Assembly: GCA_951406725.2 (NCBI GenBank)
Contig: OX597819.1
Coordinates: 12,214,001-12,278,000, forward strand
Source of the DNA: Octopus vulgaris
Taxonomy: Eukaryota
DNA length: 64,000 bases
Reading direction: 5' to 3'
The notes beneath the pieces were generated by a model that searched no databases, was not told the origin of the DNA, and saw only the letters and a list, made by a program, of their open reading frames with translations. Below, piece by piece: positions 1 through 12,349 of this stretch; the stretch's first letter is position 1; each line of letters begins with the position of its first letter. The position numbers were made by a program, and so were the translations under genes.

Positions 1-1300
1 AAGTGTGAAATTAATACTGAACTGCTGTTGCTAGTGTTTTGTATCGTATTGTTCTTTTTGAACGGACTGAGCTCTTCTAATATACTAAAATTAACCATTC
101 TGGATGTTTCAAATTTCCGCAGCTTAAGTACCGAAGTGAAAACTGACTTTCTCTTACGCATCATCCCTTCTCTCCCTTGATGCAAACTTTTCTTATTAAT
201 CTCACCTTTATCGATATTTTTCTATTTCTTTCGGTCATTTGACTGCGGCCATGCTGGATCACGGTCTTTAGTCAAACAAATCGACCACAGGATTTATTCA
301 TTGTAAGCCTCGTACTTATTCTATCGAGCTTATTTGCCGAACCGCTACTTTATGGGTACGTAAACACCGCAGCATCGTTTGTCAAGCGAAGGGGAGGGGG
401 ACAAACACACACATATACGACGGGCTTCTTTAAGTTTCCGTCTACCAAATTCACTCGCAAGGCTTTATTCGGCCCGAGGCCATAGTAGAAGACACTTACC
501 AGAGGTGCCACGCAGTGGGACTGAACCCGGACCCATATGGTTTACCACACAGCCACTCCTGCGCCTATGTTTACAATATTACCCAGAAACGAAGTCGAAA
601 ACAAAAAAAAACAGTGCAGTGGGTGTAAAAAAAAAATCTGTAGAAAACCAATATTGAACTAGAAATGCACAGAAAGCGACGGGTGAATGAGAAGAGAACT
701 TCGGAAAATTCACAAGATCCTAGTTTTCCTCTCATACCTTATTACAATCTGCAATCTGGGATTAACATATCCAGTGAGTTTTAAGACGTATGTAACAGAA
801 ATTTTGTTTTAATATTATACTTTCACTTATTTCACACACACAAGCACTAACGTGGTATTTGTATATTTCCTTCTGTCTCCTGCCCAAACTTCGTTACCAA
901 TAATTTTTATTACTTCAGCATTTTCACTTATTATTCTTTACAAACTTATTTGAATTTTCAATCTAAAACCTGTTAATTCTTTCAATGCTCTCTGGACACA
1001 AGAAAGTCTCTAATGTTTACCAGCAAATGTGAACCTGGACACACAACCATCACACCTATCCACGACAGCCAACATCACACAAACAGCAATTTACAGAAGG
1101 GAGGTTAGTTAATTGGACTGAACCATAATTAACAGAAAGACTGTTATATCAACCCAGGATGGGAAACAATTATTTGTATCCAACACATACAAACGATAGA
1201 TAAATAAATGTTATCGCACCTTTATACATAGCATTAACATCAATCATAAACAACAGCTGCTAAATAATTTTAAATCCCGCCACGACGACTCTACTTCCGT
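1..1300. repeat. Arm A of inverted segmental duplication (partner 20750-21829 plus 23411-23693)
   Basis: 1-290 is the reverse complement of 23411-23693; 235-1015 is the near-identical reverse complement of 21060-21829; 1030-1300 is a more diverged match to 20750-21055. Confidence 0.9.
225..565 (-). mobile_element. tRNA-derived SINE (octopus-type, family 1)
   Basis: Head GGCGCAGGAGTGGCTGTGTGGT...GGTTCAGTCCC (A/B-box-like) and tail CCAGCATGGCCGCAGTCAAATGAC; many copies in window. Confidence 0.85.
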
Positions 1301-1340
1301 AAATGAATTCTATTGGCCATATCCAGTCACGTGATCTAAA
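1290..1340 (-). promoter_or_regulatory. Candidate core promoter (ETS, CCAAT, E-box cluster)
   Basis: ACTTCCG, ATTGG and GTCACGTGAT within 50 bp at the end of the duplicated block; the paralogous block retains CGGAAGT at ~20754. Confidence 0.35.
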
Positions 1341-1374
1341 GAGCGCGTAAATTGTCTTTCTTTGTTCATGTTAC

Positions 1375-1755
1375 ATAATAATAATAATGAAATTATTGTA
1401 TACGGTGCTCAGGTGCACCACAACTTGTCAGAAAGTGCATATAAAGTACATGCAGTAATGTAAAAATGTTTGGAAAGCGAACAATGTATGAGTCAGATAC
1501 ATGCCGGTGTGTGTGTATGGAGGGGAGAAAATCAGGTGTAGTGTTGGCGAATCTCAGGAAGCATGGAAGTTTTGAAGGATGCAGTGCTCCGACAACTAAC
1601 AACTGATGCCGGCAGTTTGTTCCATGCTTCAGCAACTCTCAGCGTGAAAAAATGTTTCCTGAAGTCATGGGAGCTGTGCTGTTTTCTGACTTTGTAAATA
1701 TGTCCACGGGTGTTAGATGGGTGGAGTTTGAAAAGGTGCTCAGAGTTGTTTGTAC
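1375..1755 (-). mobile_element. CR1-clade LINE, 3' end fragment
   Basis: Minus strand reads ...HPSNTRGHIYKVRKQHSSHDFRKHFFTLRVAEAWNKLPASVV...FK, the typical CR1 ORF2 C-terminus, followed by a 3' UTR and (ATT)n tail. Confidence 0.8.
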
Positions 1756-1983
1756 GATGGTTTGACGTGAAATCGTAGGATTAAACTAGCGTTAAATATT
1801 GTGTTGATACAGATACACCAATTCTCGTCCGAAATCCTCGTGGGCGAACCTTCGGTATATGTAAGTACCAGATACATTTCAAAAAAGGGTTTCTGTTATC
1901 TTCAGAAATGTAAACAAAGTCACGTGTGTACATTTTCCAAAGCATCGCCTCCTTGGGAGCTGGCACGTTTTAGATTTTGGAAA

Positions 1984-2186
1984 TAGTAGTAGAATATATT
2001 GATAGTCCATATCCTCATCTACAAGTCGTTCTTTCCTAATACAGCATCGGTCGATCCAAATACAGCTACGCATTTCGCCCGGCGTGCTAACGTTTCTGCC
2101 AGCTCGCCGCCTAGTAGTAGAATATATTGATAGTCCATATCCTCATCTACAAGTCGTTCTTTCCTAATACAGCATCGGTCGATCCA
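1984..2186. repeat. ~75-bp direct repeat (1984-2058, 2111-2186)
   Basis: TAGTAGAATATATTGATAGTCC...GGTCGATCCA occurs twice. Confidence 0.9.
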
Positions 2187-2749
2187 CCCCGCGACTTTCA
2201 AAACAAAATCCTAATCGTTGGTTGAACAGATAGGTATACCATTAAAGTGAAGAGAGAGGCCTAGCCTAGTAGAGAATATGGACGTTTTACCCAACTTACT
2301 ATTATTGTGAGGAAAATATTACTGGTTAGCTTAGGATAATGGGGAACATAGCATTAAACAAGACACCTACATACCATACGACGAGTAAGCTTTTTCAATA
2401 GTGTTCTGTTTTGTCCAATTTTCTAATTTGATTGTGTAAAACTATTGAGCTTTATCGAAATAAAGACTTTTTCATTTCCATCCACTTACTAAGGAAAAAA
2501 AGAGAGAACTAGTGTGCTGGTTACACGACACCAGCATTAGCCATGTCTACGAGTCACTTGGCTTGACTAGTCTTCTCAAGCACAGCATATCGCTAAAGCT
2601 CTCCGTCATCAGTCATTGCCTCTGTGAGGGTCAAAGATCATGCTTCACCACTTCATCCCATGTCTTCTTGGTTCTACCTCTACCACAGGTTCCTTCCACA
2701 GTTAGGTATTGGCACTTCTTTACACGTTGCAATACGTCAAAATATCACA

Positions 2750-2925
2750 CGTAAAAAGCATCCACTACACTCTCGAAGTGATTGGCGTTAGGAAGGGCAT
2801 CCAGCTGTAGAAACTCTGCCAAATCAAGATTGGAGCCTGGTGCAGCCATCTGGTTCACCAGCCCTCAGTCAAAATCGTCCAACCCATGCTAGCATGGAAG
2901 GTGGACGTTAAACGATGATGATGAT
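2750..2925 (+). mobile_element. Family-2 retroelement 3' end with (GAT)n tail
   Basis: GGAAGGGCATCCAGCTGTAGAAAC...AAACGATGATGATG, repeated many times in window. Confidence 0.75.
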
Positions 2926-3729
2926 GTGCATGTCAAAGGAGAAACATTTCATCATGCTATATGTAGAGTGATGGAGGAAAAAGACAACAGAAAAAGAAGC
3001 CAACGGGAGAAAGGAATACCAGGATCTTAACTGTTGACCTAGGCGGGATGAGCAATCACTGTCAAGAAATAAACACATCCTTGCACGCTGCTGTCTCCTT
3101 GAACTGCTGTATGTGCTTCCTGCCCATGCATGCCTCGTGGCTGATCCTCCGGCCCCTGCAGTCTTCATTTCTGTCTACTTCATCTGCAATCCTCTCCACC
3201 AACACCACATAGCTCATCACAGCCCATAACACCACACTATACATGCTTTCTTCATCAACATTTAATGTCTGTGTTCCATACAGGCATATGTTGGATAAGT
3301 TGACCAGAGCTGACAAAGCCATGAGTTGCACCAGTTTCCCTTGTCTGTTTTGGCTTGTTTTCTACAGCAGAATGCATTTCCTAATGTCAGCCATATTACA
3401 GAGAGCACAGGGTGTTATTTTTTCTTTTTTATATGACAACAAAACCAACATGGTCCCCAAGAACCTTGCAAGACAAAATAGCTCACAACTGGGAGGGAGG
3501 AAGGTAGTATTGAAGGAATGTCACTTTGTGCCAGTTGACAGGTTTAAGGTAGAAAGGGAACAGGGTCCAGATATAGAGTAAAAAAAACAAGCACAAAATA
3601 AATATTTTATTCATTATCCTTTATTAAGAAATTACTATAACTGATGAAAGGAAAAAGCCTGTGTTTTAGCAGACCAATTAGTGTTAATTATTGTTATGAC
3701 TTAATAAATTTTGACATTGAGACAGTAAT

Positions 3730-4135
3730 ACCCACATGTTTATGCATGTGGATTTTTCAAGAGAATGATTTGCCACATGTGTCACACTGACATGGCTACT
3801 CTCATGTAGGGATTCGTTCATGGACAGATAAGTTAGGTCTATGAGAGAATGCTTTAAAACAGACACGACCATTACATAGGTTGTGTCTGGTACGAACATT
3901 TTCGTGTGTACTTACAACACCATTTTCAACAAATTAATTACAACAACTAATGCAAGGTTATGGCTTATCTCCTGTATGTGTGTGTGTGTGTGTCTATTCA
4001 ACTGATGCCCTTGAGAAAATGACTCACCAAAGATCTCACAATGATAAGATTTCTCTCCTGTATGAATGCGTTTGTGAACAGTCAAGTGACCTGTTTGACA
4101 GAATGATTTACCACAAACATCACAATGTATACATA
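3730..4135 (-). pseudogene. Degenerate C2H2 zinc-finger array remnant
   Basis: [34 protein letters not shown]... followed by decayed fingers (CDTCGKSFS*); upstream part replaced by hairpin insertion. Confidence 0.8.
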
Positions 4136-4168
4136 CTTTATTTAAAGCAGCAGAAAATTCAACAAAAC

Positions 4169-4206
4169 CTGTTACTCTGAGTTTCACGTTCCCGTTCGTC
4201 GGACAG
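4169..4206 (-). ncRNA. Minimal hammerhead motif, CCGACGA variant
   Basis: Reverse complement CTGT-CCGACGA-ACG(GGAA)CGT-GAAA-CTCAGAG-TA-ACAG. Confidence 0.6.
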
Positions 4207-4216
4207 TTTTTGCTAA

Positions 4217-4254
4217 CTGTCTGACGAACGGGGACGTGAAACTCAGAGTAACAG
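4217..4254 (+). ncRNA. Minimal type I hammerhead ribozyme motif
   Basis: CTGT-CTGACGA-ACG(GGGA)CGT-GAAA-CTC(A)GAG-TA-ACAG: all core nucleotides and helices I-III present. Confidence 0.75.
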
Positions 4255-4347
4255 GTTTTGTTGAATTTTCTGCTGCTTTAAATAAAGCATATTACTCTAC
4301 CACTGGTATTTGAGTACTCTTTTGTTTCACATTTATGTGTTTACTCC

Positions 4348-4396
<49 letters not shown>

Positions 4397-5102
4397 TATA
4401 TATACATACGTGTATATTCATGCAAGCAGCCGCATACACACACATGCACAGCAACGAACAAAAAGAAACAGCTCCGATAATGTACATGGTCAAGAACCAG
4501 TGAAGAGGTTGCAAGAATTAAGGAATATTTTAGAAAATAAATAAATGAACGGTCCTCAAGAGTAAACCTCCGAATTGTTTTCCCCCAAAATTCCTACCTT
4601 CTCTGAATCTATATCGTCCGAGGCATATTTGTAGAAAATTTCATTTAAAAATATAACATCTATTTTCTTGAAAGTTAAGAAGAATTGAAGTTGACGCCGC
4701 TTAATTTTCTGAAACTCATCACACCAAAAGCAGTTTCCTACAAAAGTTTTGTAGGTATATTCGGAATCTACATACTTTAACAAATATTCGTAGAAAATTT
4801 AATTAAAGTTACGATCATCCAAAGTCGTGGGGCATGAATCTGTAGTTATGCCAGTTCTCCGTTCGTTTTACTCTCATTTTACAAATAAATTTCCTCTATA
4901 TCACACGTAACAGCCGATAAAAGGTTTTCATAAACAACAAACCAACATTTCAGTTTGGAAGTTATTATTTAAGACGAGGAAATATATTTTCCTAAAGTTT
5001 TTGTTTTCGCTTCGAAATAATTACTGTGACACCGAGAAGTTCACAGAATTCTATTATTTACATTGTTATTACTAGTATTATTGGCATATTCGCCTTATTG
5101 GC

Positions 5103-5796
5103 TTTATTTTTTTACATAAGTAATGAGAGCGAAAGAGACTAAGAGGAAGCGATTTTACGACGAGAAGGTTTCACTTTGAAGTCGGCCTGTGTGTGTTTGA
5201 TGGGGTGTGGGAGACAGACAGTATGTTGTGTAAGTGAAGTGCTTCTGTTAGTGTGTGTGAAGAGACAGACATACATATACACATACACCGAGTAAAAAAT
5301 TACTATGAATCGGCCATACATACATACATACACACACACACATACATAGATACATACACACACACACATACATACATACATACACACACACATACTTACA
5401 CACACACATAGATACATACACACACACACATACATGCAGACATACATATACACATACACCGAGTAAAAAATTACGATGAATCGGCCATACATACATACAT
5501 ACACACACACATACTTACACACACACACATACATAGATACATACACACACACACACATACATGCATACATACATATACACATACACCGAGTAAAAAATCA
5601 GTTATCTCTCTCTTTCACACATTACTCTCTCTGTCTCTTCGCACACACTAACAGAAGCACTTCACTTACACAACATACTGTCTGTCTCCCACACCCCATC
5701 AAACACACACAGGCCGACTTCAAAGTGAAACCTTCTCGTCGTAAAATCGCTTCCTCTTAGTCTCTTTCGCTCTCATTACTTATGTAAAAAAATAAA
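5103..5796. repeat. ~167-bp near-perfect inverted repeat enclosing CA-rich tandem units
   Basis: 5103-5269 is the reverse complement of 5630-5796; three ATATACACATACACCGAGTAAAAAAT units inside. Confidence 0.9.
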
Positions 5797-6085
5797 AGTT
5801 TTTTACGGAAATCGACGGAAATCTGATCTACGACATGCGAAACTTCGCCGTATTATTATCTTCATTAGAGCCTTAAAGTCAATATTTGTCAACTTACCGT
5901 GTTCAGATACAAACTGCGAGTCGTGATCGGTAATTAAGCACCTTAATTCATAATTGGAGCTTGGTTGAAGTAGTGTAGAAGTTATTTCCCTTTATATGAT
6001 TGTATTTCTTGAATTCTCCAATAGATGTCTCTACTGACTGGTTGTATTCGTTCCAGCATTTTTGTCTGTTCCCTTATATTAACGA

Positions 6086-6471
6086 CTAGCAGTATAACCC
6101 GGCGTTGCTCGGGTTCTTTTCGACCCTTCAGAATTGGAATTTTTGAAAAGTAAAAATTTTGCATTATGTAGCTTGTTATTCTCTTTAAGCGAACATTCAT
6201 TTTTCTGGTTGAAATACACCGAAGAATGGCGATACAGCAGTCAAAAAAATCGTAAAAAATAGGGACTTTCATAGAAAAAAAAGCACCTTGTTGATGTAAA
6301 TAATTTTTGGTCCTTAACATGGTCCGATTTGAATTTTATCTTCTATGGAAGGAAGAGCAAGCCTTCTTCTATCATACTCTCAATTTTGGTCAACCTGCGC
6401 CGGAAATAGTGTTAGTTGAAGGCTACCAAACCTGCCATACACAGACAACTTCAGCTCTATACACATAGAGA
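6086..6471 (-). mobile_element. Non-autonomous Helitron
   Basis: Minus strand begins TC after A, ends with CCCGAGCAACGCCGGG hairpin then CTAG followed by T (A^T target, no TSD). Confidence 0.7.
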
Positions 6472-6719
6472 TTTCACTTTCAATTCTCCTTTTTTAATTT
6501 TCACCTGGTCATTTTCAGAAAGTTTACTCATATATTCTGTTACAAAATACTGGTCCCCTGATACAGGAACCATGCAATTGATCATTGGTGTAATTTATAG
6601 AGATTTTCGTCACAAATTGCCCACTGCCGGCCTCAATTTCATTATCTTCATTGTAGAATATATTATTTCCTATACCTATTTCTTCATTGTCAACTTCAAT
6701 GTCGTCACTATAAGACATA

Positions 6720-7095
6720 CTCTTTTACTTGTTTCAATCATGTGACTGTGGCCATGCTGGAGCACTGCCTTTAGTCGAGCAAATTGACCCCCAGGACTTA
6801 TTCTTTGTAAGCCTAGTACTTATTCTATCGGTCTCTTTTGCTGAACCGCTAAGTTACAGGGACGTAAGCACACCAGCATCAGTTGTCAAGCGATGTTGGG
6901 GGGACAAACACAGACACACAAACATACATATAAACAACAGGCTTCTTTCAGTTTCCGTCGACCAAATCCACTCACAAGGCTTTGGTTGGCCCGAGGCTAT
7001 AGTAGAATACATTTGCCCAAGGTGCTATGTAGTGGGACTGAACTCGGAACCGTGTCGTTGGTAAGTAAACTACTTATCACACAGCCACTACGCCT
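6720..7095 (-). mobile_element. tRNA-derived SINE family 1
   Basis: Full-length copy matching 33737-34120. Confidence 0.85.
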
Positions 7096-7857
7096 ATTAT
7101 AATAATAGCTATTTCTATGAACATGCATTGGCATCAGGGATTACCTATATAAAAATAGGATCACATGCGGTCGTATCGTATAGGGAATACAATCGCACGC
7201 GATCCCATTCTTAATGATTATTTTACAGACCATATAATACATACAGCGGCAAAACACAAGTGGAATGACAACAAGATGTATTTTTGAGATATATACATTA
7301 TTTATTTTACATATTTTACAATCCTGTTGGTTGGAAGTTTGTAAGTGTTAGCATGTTTTTGTGTCTGTGTGTTCGTGAGGCATAAAAGGTACTGACCAGA
7401 GAAATAACAATGGAATTTGGTTCACAGTTCACGTTGTTGGTATCAGCCTAGCAACAGGTAGTAGCAGATGGCTTAAGGTAGTTCTTAGAAGAACTAGAAC
7501 TCAAGACAGATAATTGATTTACCGTTCATGAGGTACACGGAGGGTAAGAGTTCCATATCAAGATGTTGCGTCTCGTAGTTGAGATTAATTGAATCACTTG
7601 TGTTTATCTTTCTCTTGATATGAATATATTTCCAGATATATTAACTGTAGCCGTTTTTCCCGTGGTGATATTTTCACCTAACCGCTATAGTTGAATCTGT
7701 GGTTGTCTTGTGTACAAATTAAATCTTCGATGTTTGGCGATGAGTTGTGTCTGTCGCTTGGTTTTTGCTGCGTCTTCATCATATATTCTGCTTGGTTATT
7801 TTTCTCTTGATATAATGGTGGTCGCCTGCCTTTCGAACTGGAACATGATCGAGTATG

Positions 7858-7958
7858 CTCTGTGTGGTCAGAGGTCCGTTCTGAGAAGAACTAGAACCAA
7901 AGACGAACTCTGTGTGGTCAGAGGTTCGCCCTGAGAAGGACTTGAACCAAAGACGGAT
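7858..7958. repeat. Two tandem ~50-bp units
   Basis: CTCTGTGTGGTCAGAGGT...CTGAGAAG...GAACCAAAGACG twice; partial copy near 7480-7507. Confidence 0.8.
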
Positions 7959-8029
7959 ATTTGTCTGAGAACATTTCCTTATATAAGGTTTTTTTTATGT
8001 GGCTCAAAACGAACTTCAGAAATGGAAAG

Positions 8030-8135
8030 CTGTGATTGGCTGCTTGGAACAATGGCGCGAAAATAAGCGGAGACAAATCGCGTCACGTGACAACCAGTGG
8101 TGCGAACGTAGTAGAGACCACGTGTCAGCCAATCG
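8030..8135. promoter_or_regulatory. CpG-rich candidate (possibly bidirectional) promoter
   Basis: GATTGGC and GCCAATC (opposed CCAAT boxes), TGGCGCGAAA (E2F-like), GTCACGTGAC and CACGTG E-boxes within ~100 bp. Confidence 0.5.
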
Positions 8136-8889
8136 AATTAGTGTTTACAACAATGTTAAACTAGCCGAAGATGTTTGTAATCTCGAACAAGATTATTCTT
8201 AATACTCTTCTCAAATAGTGAAGATAGCAATGAGTGTAACGATATTGCTACACCTACAACCTAACAGTCAAAAAATGCAGACAGGCGTGTTTGTGTGGTA
8301 AGGAACTTTCTTCCCAACCTCATGGTTAGGGGTTCAATCCCAATGCAGAGCACATTGAGCAAGTGCCTTCAGCTATACCTCGGTTTAACCAGAGTCATCA
8401 TCATTTAACGTCTGTTGTCCAAGTTGACATGGTTTGGACGGTTTGACCAGGACTGGGGCTGATTTGGCATGGTTTCTACTTCTGGATGACCTTATCTAAC
8501 ACCAACCACTCCGTGAGTGTAATGGCTGCTTTAAAGTGACATCAGAGTCTGCCAGAACTACGACTTTACTTCGCTTGATGGCCTTTACAAGCAAGACATA
8601 ATGCAAAAGGTCTGAGTTATTCATCATTGTCTCTGTGAAGCCAAACACTTGAAACGTCCTTCCACACACCATCAGCATCAGCTGCTTTGCCACCGTTCAA
8701 GAATTTGGACCTGGAGATCTCCATTTTCAACGACTTCGAGGGCCACCTCCCAGTGATGTCAGGTGTCAACGAAAAGCCCTCGACTACAACAAGATGATCA
8801 CCGTTTTTTTTTCATTTTTCCAAGGTCTGCGCGATACATGTTTGGTAACAAAATAAAAGAATTTTTTAAAGAAAGTAAATAAATTATTT

Positions 8890-9298
8890 AGATTTTTTCG
8901 GTATGAACGGAAGTTTTTTCTAGCGGTGTCATTTGAAATTGTCACCCATAATTATGACCCTAGTATCGATCTATTGCATTTCAATCTGTTTTAGGGTTAG
9001 GGTAGGGGAAGGGTATTTTTTTCTTCACAAATGTAAATAAACCCAATCCGTTTCTTAAACGAGGGACATATTCATACGACACAGAATGTCTTTTTACCTC
9101 AATAGACGTCACTGATTGGTTGAAATTGCAGAAATTGAAGAAAGAAAACAACAAATATTTTACAAACTATTGAATTTTCTCAATAAAAACAAGAGAAAAA
9201 GATGTTTTATAAACACATTCTACCAGTATACGAAGTTTAAAAGTGTTTAGTTACGTGGAAATTATTTTTAAAAACTGCCGTTCAAACCGAAAAGGTTA
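8890..9298. mobile_element. MITE with GGATCTTTTCGGTTTGAACGGC-type TIRs (Merlin-like)
   Basis: Degenerate TIRs, AATTATTT on both flanks (8-bp TSD), internal TTAGGG-like motif; homologous to 19390-19790. Confidence 0.75.
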
Positions 9299-9470
9299 AA
9301 TTATTTTTTAAAACAATGTATATGGTTTTTTTACACAAATCAAATAAAAAGCAAAGTAAATAATTTTAAAAACCAAGTGGGTTTTCGAAGGATGGGATAG
9401 ACAAGACAAGATAGGATTTCTAGTCTTCGTACCTGACCGTTCCTTGAAACTGTTACCCATCATTAAAAAG

Positions 9471-9687
9471 TAAACACATAAATGCGAAACAAGGTGGAAA
9501 AGAGTACTCAAATACCAGAGGTAGAGTAACATGCTTTATTTAAAAGCAGCAGAAATATCACCAAAAAACTGTTACTCGCCGTTTCCCGTTCGTCGGACTG
9601 TTTTGTTAGAATGGAACTGTCCGACGAACGGGAACGTGAAACTCTGAGTAACAGTTTTTGTGATATTTCTACGGCTTTTAAATAAAG
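9471..9687. mobile_element. Fold-back element family A, second copy
   Basis: Inverted arms 9534-9598 and 9615-9687; extension homologous to the reverse complement of 4288-4345. Confidence 0.7.
9615..9656 (+). ncRNA. Minimal hammerhead motif, CCGACGA variant
   Basis: AACTGT-CCGACGA-ACG(GGAA)CGT-GAAA-CTC(T)GAG-TA-ACAGTT; perfect 6-bp helix I. Confidence 0.65.
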
Positions 9688-9780
9688 TTTGTTTTGCCAA
9701 CTGATCAGAATATCGTTCGCTAGTGTTATAAACATGTATGCTATTTTCACCAGTTGCTTTTAATGACAAGATATTACAGT

Positions 9781-10142
9781 GGAGGCGCAATGGCCCAGTG
9801 GTTAGGGCAGCGGTCATAGGATCGCGGTTTCGATTCCCAGACCGGGCGTTGTGAGTGTTTATTGAGCGAAAACACCTAAAGCTCCACGGGGATGGTGGTG
9901 ATCCCTGCTGTACTCTTTCACCACAACTTTCTCTCACTCTTACTTCCTGTTTCTGTTGTACCTGTATTTCAAAGGGCCGGCCTTGTCACTCTCTGTGTCA
10001 CGCTGAATATCCCCGAGAACTACGTTAAGGGTACACGTGTCTGTGGAGTGCTCAGCCACTTACACGTTAATTTCACGAGCAGGCTGTTCCGTTGATTCGG
10101 ATCAACCGGAACCCTCATCGTCGTAACCGAGGGAGTGCTTCC
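9781..10142 (+). mobile_element. tRNA-derived SINE family 3
   Basis: GGAGGCGCAATGGCCCAGTGGTTAGG...TTCGATTCC head; homolog at 42196-42512. Confidence 0.75.
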
Positions 10143-12349
10143 ATCCATTTTGCGAAGATTTCAAGTTATAGCACTTATCTCCCTTACTTGCTTTCACTTA
10201 CTAGCACGTAGTTTAACAAAAAAATGCCCATGCAAAGAGAAATCTTTCCAAATTTACATACAATACTAAACAGCTGGATTAGGTTTACAGTGTTGATAAT
10301 AGTGAGATAATCACTACAGAGTTGTCTCTGAAATACGAAGGCATTAAAGTTGAGAGATTTCTTCTGATACATCAGATGACCAATGGAATTGATGTGTACA
10401 CCGCCATCTTGGTTTCTCCAAACCATTTCCCTTAACTGAAACGAACTGAGAGAAACGATGACACTTGACGGTATTTGGTGCTATTTACATTGACAATGGA
10501 TGTTTATTGAGGAAAAAATAGACAAAGAAGAACAATATTTGGAAGTAAGGCGACGTTTATTTGTAAATTGTTTTTATGTGTCTAATGTAGACAATTGTTT
10601 CCCATCCTAAGTGGAATCCAATGAAGTATCCCTTACTCTATTTAAGTAAATTACTTTTGTCCAATTAAGTTGGTGTGATGTCGACTGAACTCTCAAATGT
10701 TACGATGGTTCTCTTGAGATTGTTACTTCCATAACCTGTGTAGAGTATTACTTGTAGACAGTACGAACTCAATTATCCGAACTAGACGGGCGAGAAGTAT
10801 TTTGTTCGAATAATTGATTTTTTTTCGGATAACTGATCCGAAAATAAACCAAGGACAGTATATACAGGGGAGCATGTTTACATGTTCTAGGTTTTTACTC
10901 CATTCAATCAATTTAATATATAAAGGCATTGGATATTGTAGATTTTATGATATGTTACTAATTAGTCATGTTACAAGTTATTTGAATTAGCTTTCCGTAA
11001 TTGTAAAAAGTAAATTCCTCAATCGTCGGTCTTGCTTGACACCGGACACTTGCTTCTCCGATGTTGTTATCTCACGCTTTCTTTGATGCCTTTTCATCAT
11101 GATCCAGACCCTAGAAAATCTCCACGGACATGTTAATGACAACATCGATCTCTTGTAATAGATATGTTACCAGGATAATGTCATAGAAGGAATGAAGGAA
11201 CCAGTGCTTTCCCCATTATTGTAAGTTTTTAGCATGTCAGTCATTTATATGTTAAATTATTTTAACACTGTTGAAAGCGACTTATTGAAATCAAAACTAG
11301 CCCACCAACACGTGGATGTTTTTGATAACTGTAAACAAAGGAGATCAGGGCTCCCCCATTCAGCACACTTAATACAGAGCTTACACAACATAAATATTGC
11401 CATATTTAAAAGAAGTTGGACAATACAAGAATATGACAACTGTCCAGCGCTCTGAGCGAGCACTGTCCCAGTGATGAAACCAAACTATGAAAGGATTTCG
11501 AGGATATAGTAGTGTAATTAGTTTAATTAACGAATACTGCAGCTATTTAAATACTTTCATTATTTGAATATACACTGATATACTTATAGTGATGAATATC
11601 TCTGAAAAAACTTTAATCTTGCACCACAAACAGGTTGAATGACAGGCGTCGTTTAGACCAACTGTTTGATTACATTAACCTGTATATCCGAGTGGTGTAC
11701 AAGTCTTAGACTTTTCATTAGTATTATCTTTATTGATTATTTTTCAATCTATTCTTGACATTCATTAATAAAAAAAAAATTAGAGAATAGAAATATTTGG
11801 TAATGAAATTAGTAACTTTATCGTTTATGTCATAGCTGTTCTTCCATTGTTAAGATTGAACTTGTCTTACGTAAACAATCAAATAGGAAAAGATTTCTAG
11901 TAAGAGATAACAAAACCTGCCAATTAAAGAGGTTTCATCTTCTCATAACGAACTTGTACATCAGTTTGTTCTGCAGGCTGAACAGCTTCCACGAGGAAGC
12001 TACATGTTAGGAATCAAAGAACATACTCTTGTTAAAGGGAAATATCTTACATTTAGATTGCAAATTGTGCATCAACATTTTTCATCAGTGTTTAGTTTCA
12101 ACAGTTTGAACAAATTGAAATGCCCAGAATCCCAAAGGAGTATATGTCAGCCCTTTAATTTTTTTTTCCACTGATGACGTAGGAGATTTTACCGTGTGAT
12201 TGTACAAGCATTCACAAATGACATAAAAATATCGAAAATAGAAAATAAATTCAGATGACAAAAATATTTGGTACATTTTGGTTATATCACCCCTATTAAA
12301 AAATTGGGTTATCTCCCCACTAAAAAATTGAGTTTATGTTGCGACAAGA

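Larger units (their letters stand above)
4136..4350. mobile_element. Fold-back element family A (Penelope-like pLTR/retrozyme-like) with inverted hammerhead motifs
   Basis: 73-bp inverted arms 4136-4208 and 4215-4287, unpaired extension to 4350, then (TA)n; a second copy lies in opposite orientation at 9471-9687. Confidence 0.7.

Noticed and set aside
1778-2200. Possible Merlin terminus (GGATTAAACTAGCGTTA resembles the reverse complement of 23391-23408)
   Set aside because: Only a short imperfect match; no partner TIR or TSD found
5139-5582. Cys/Val/Tyr/Met-rich ORFs
   Set aside because: Translation of (CA)/(TACA) microsatellite
8989-9010. Interstitial telomere (TTAGGG)
   Set aside because: Only about two units, internal to a MITE
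10990-11110. Possible minus-strand exon (acceptor at 11111-11112)
   Set aside because: Short frame with no recognisable homology or partner exon
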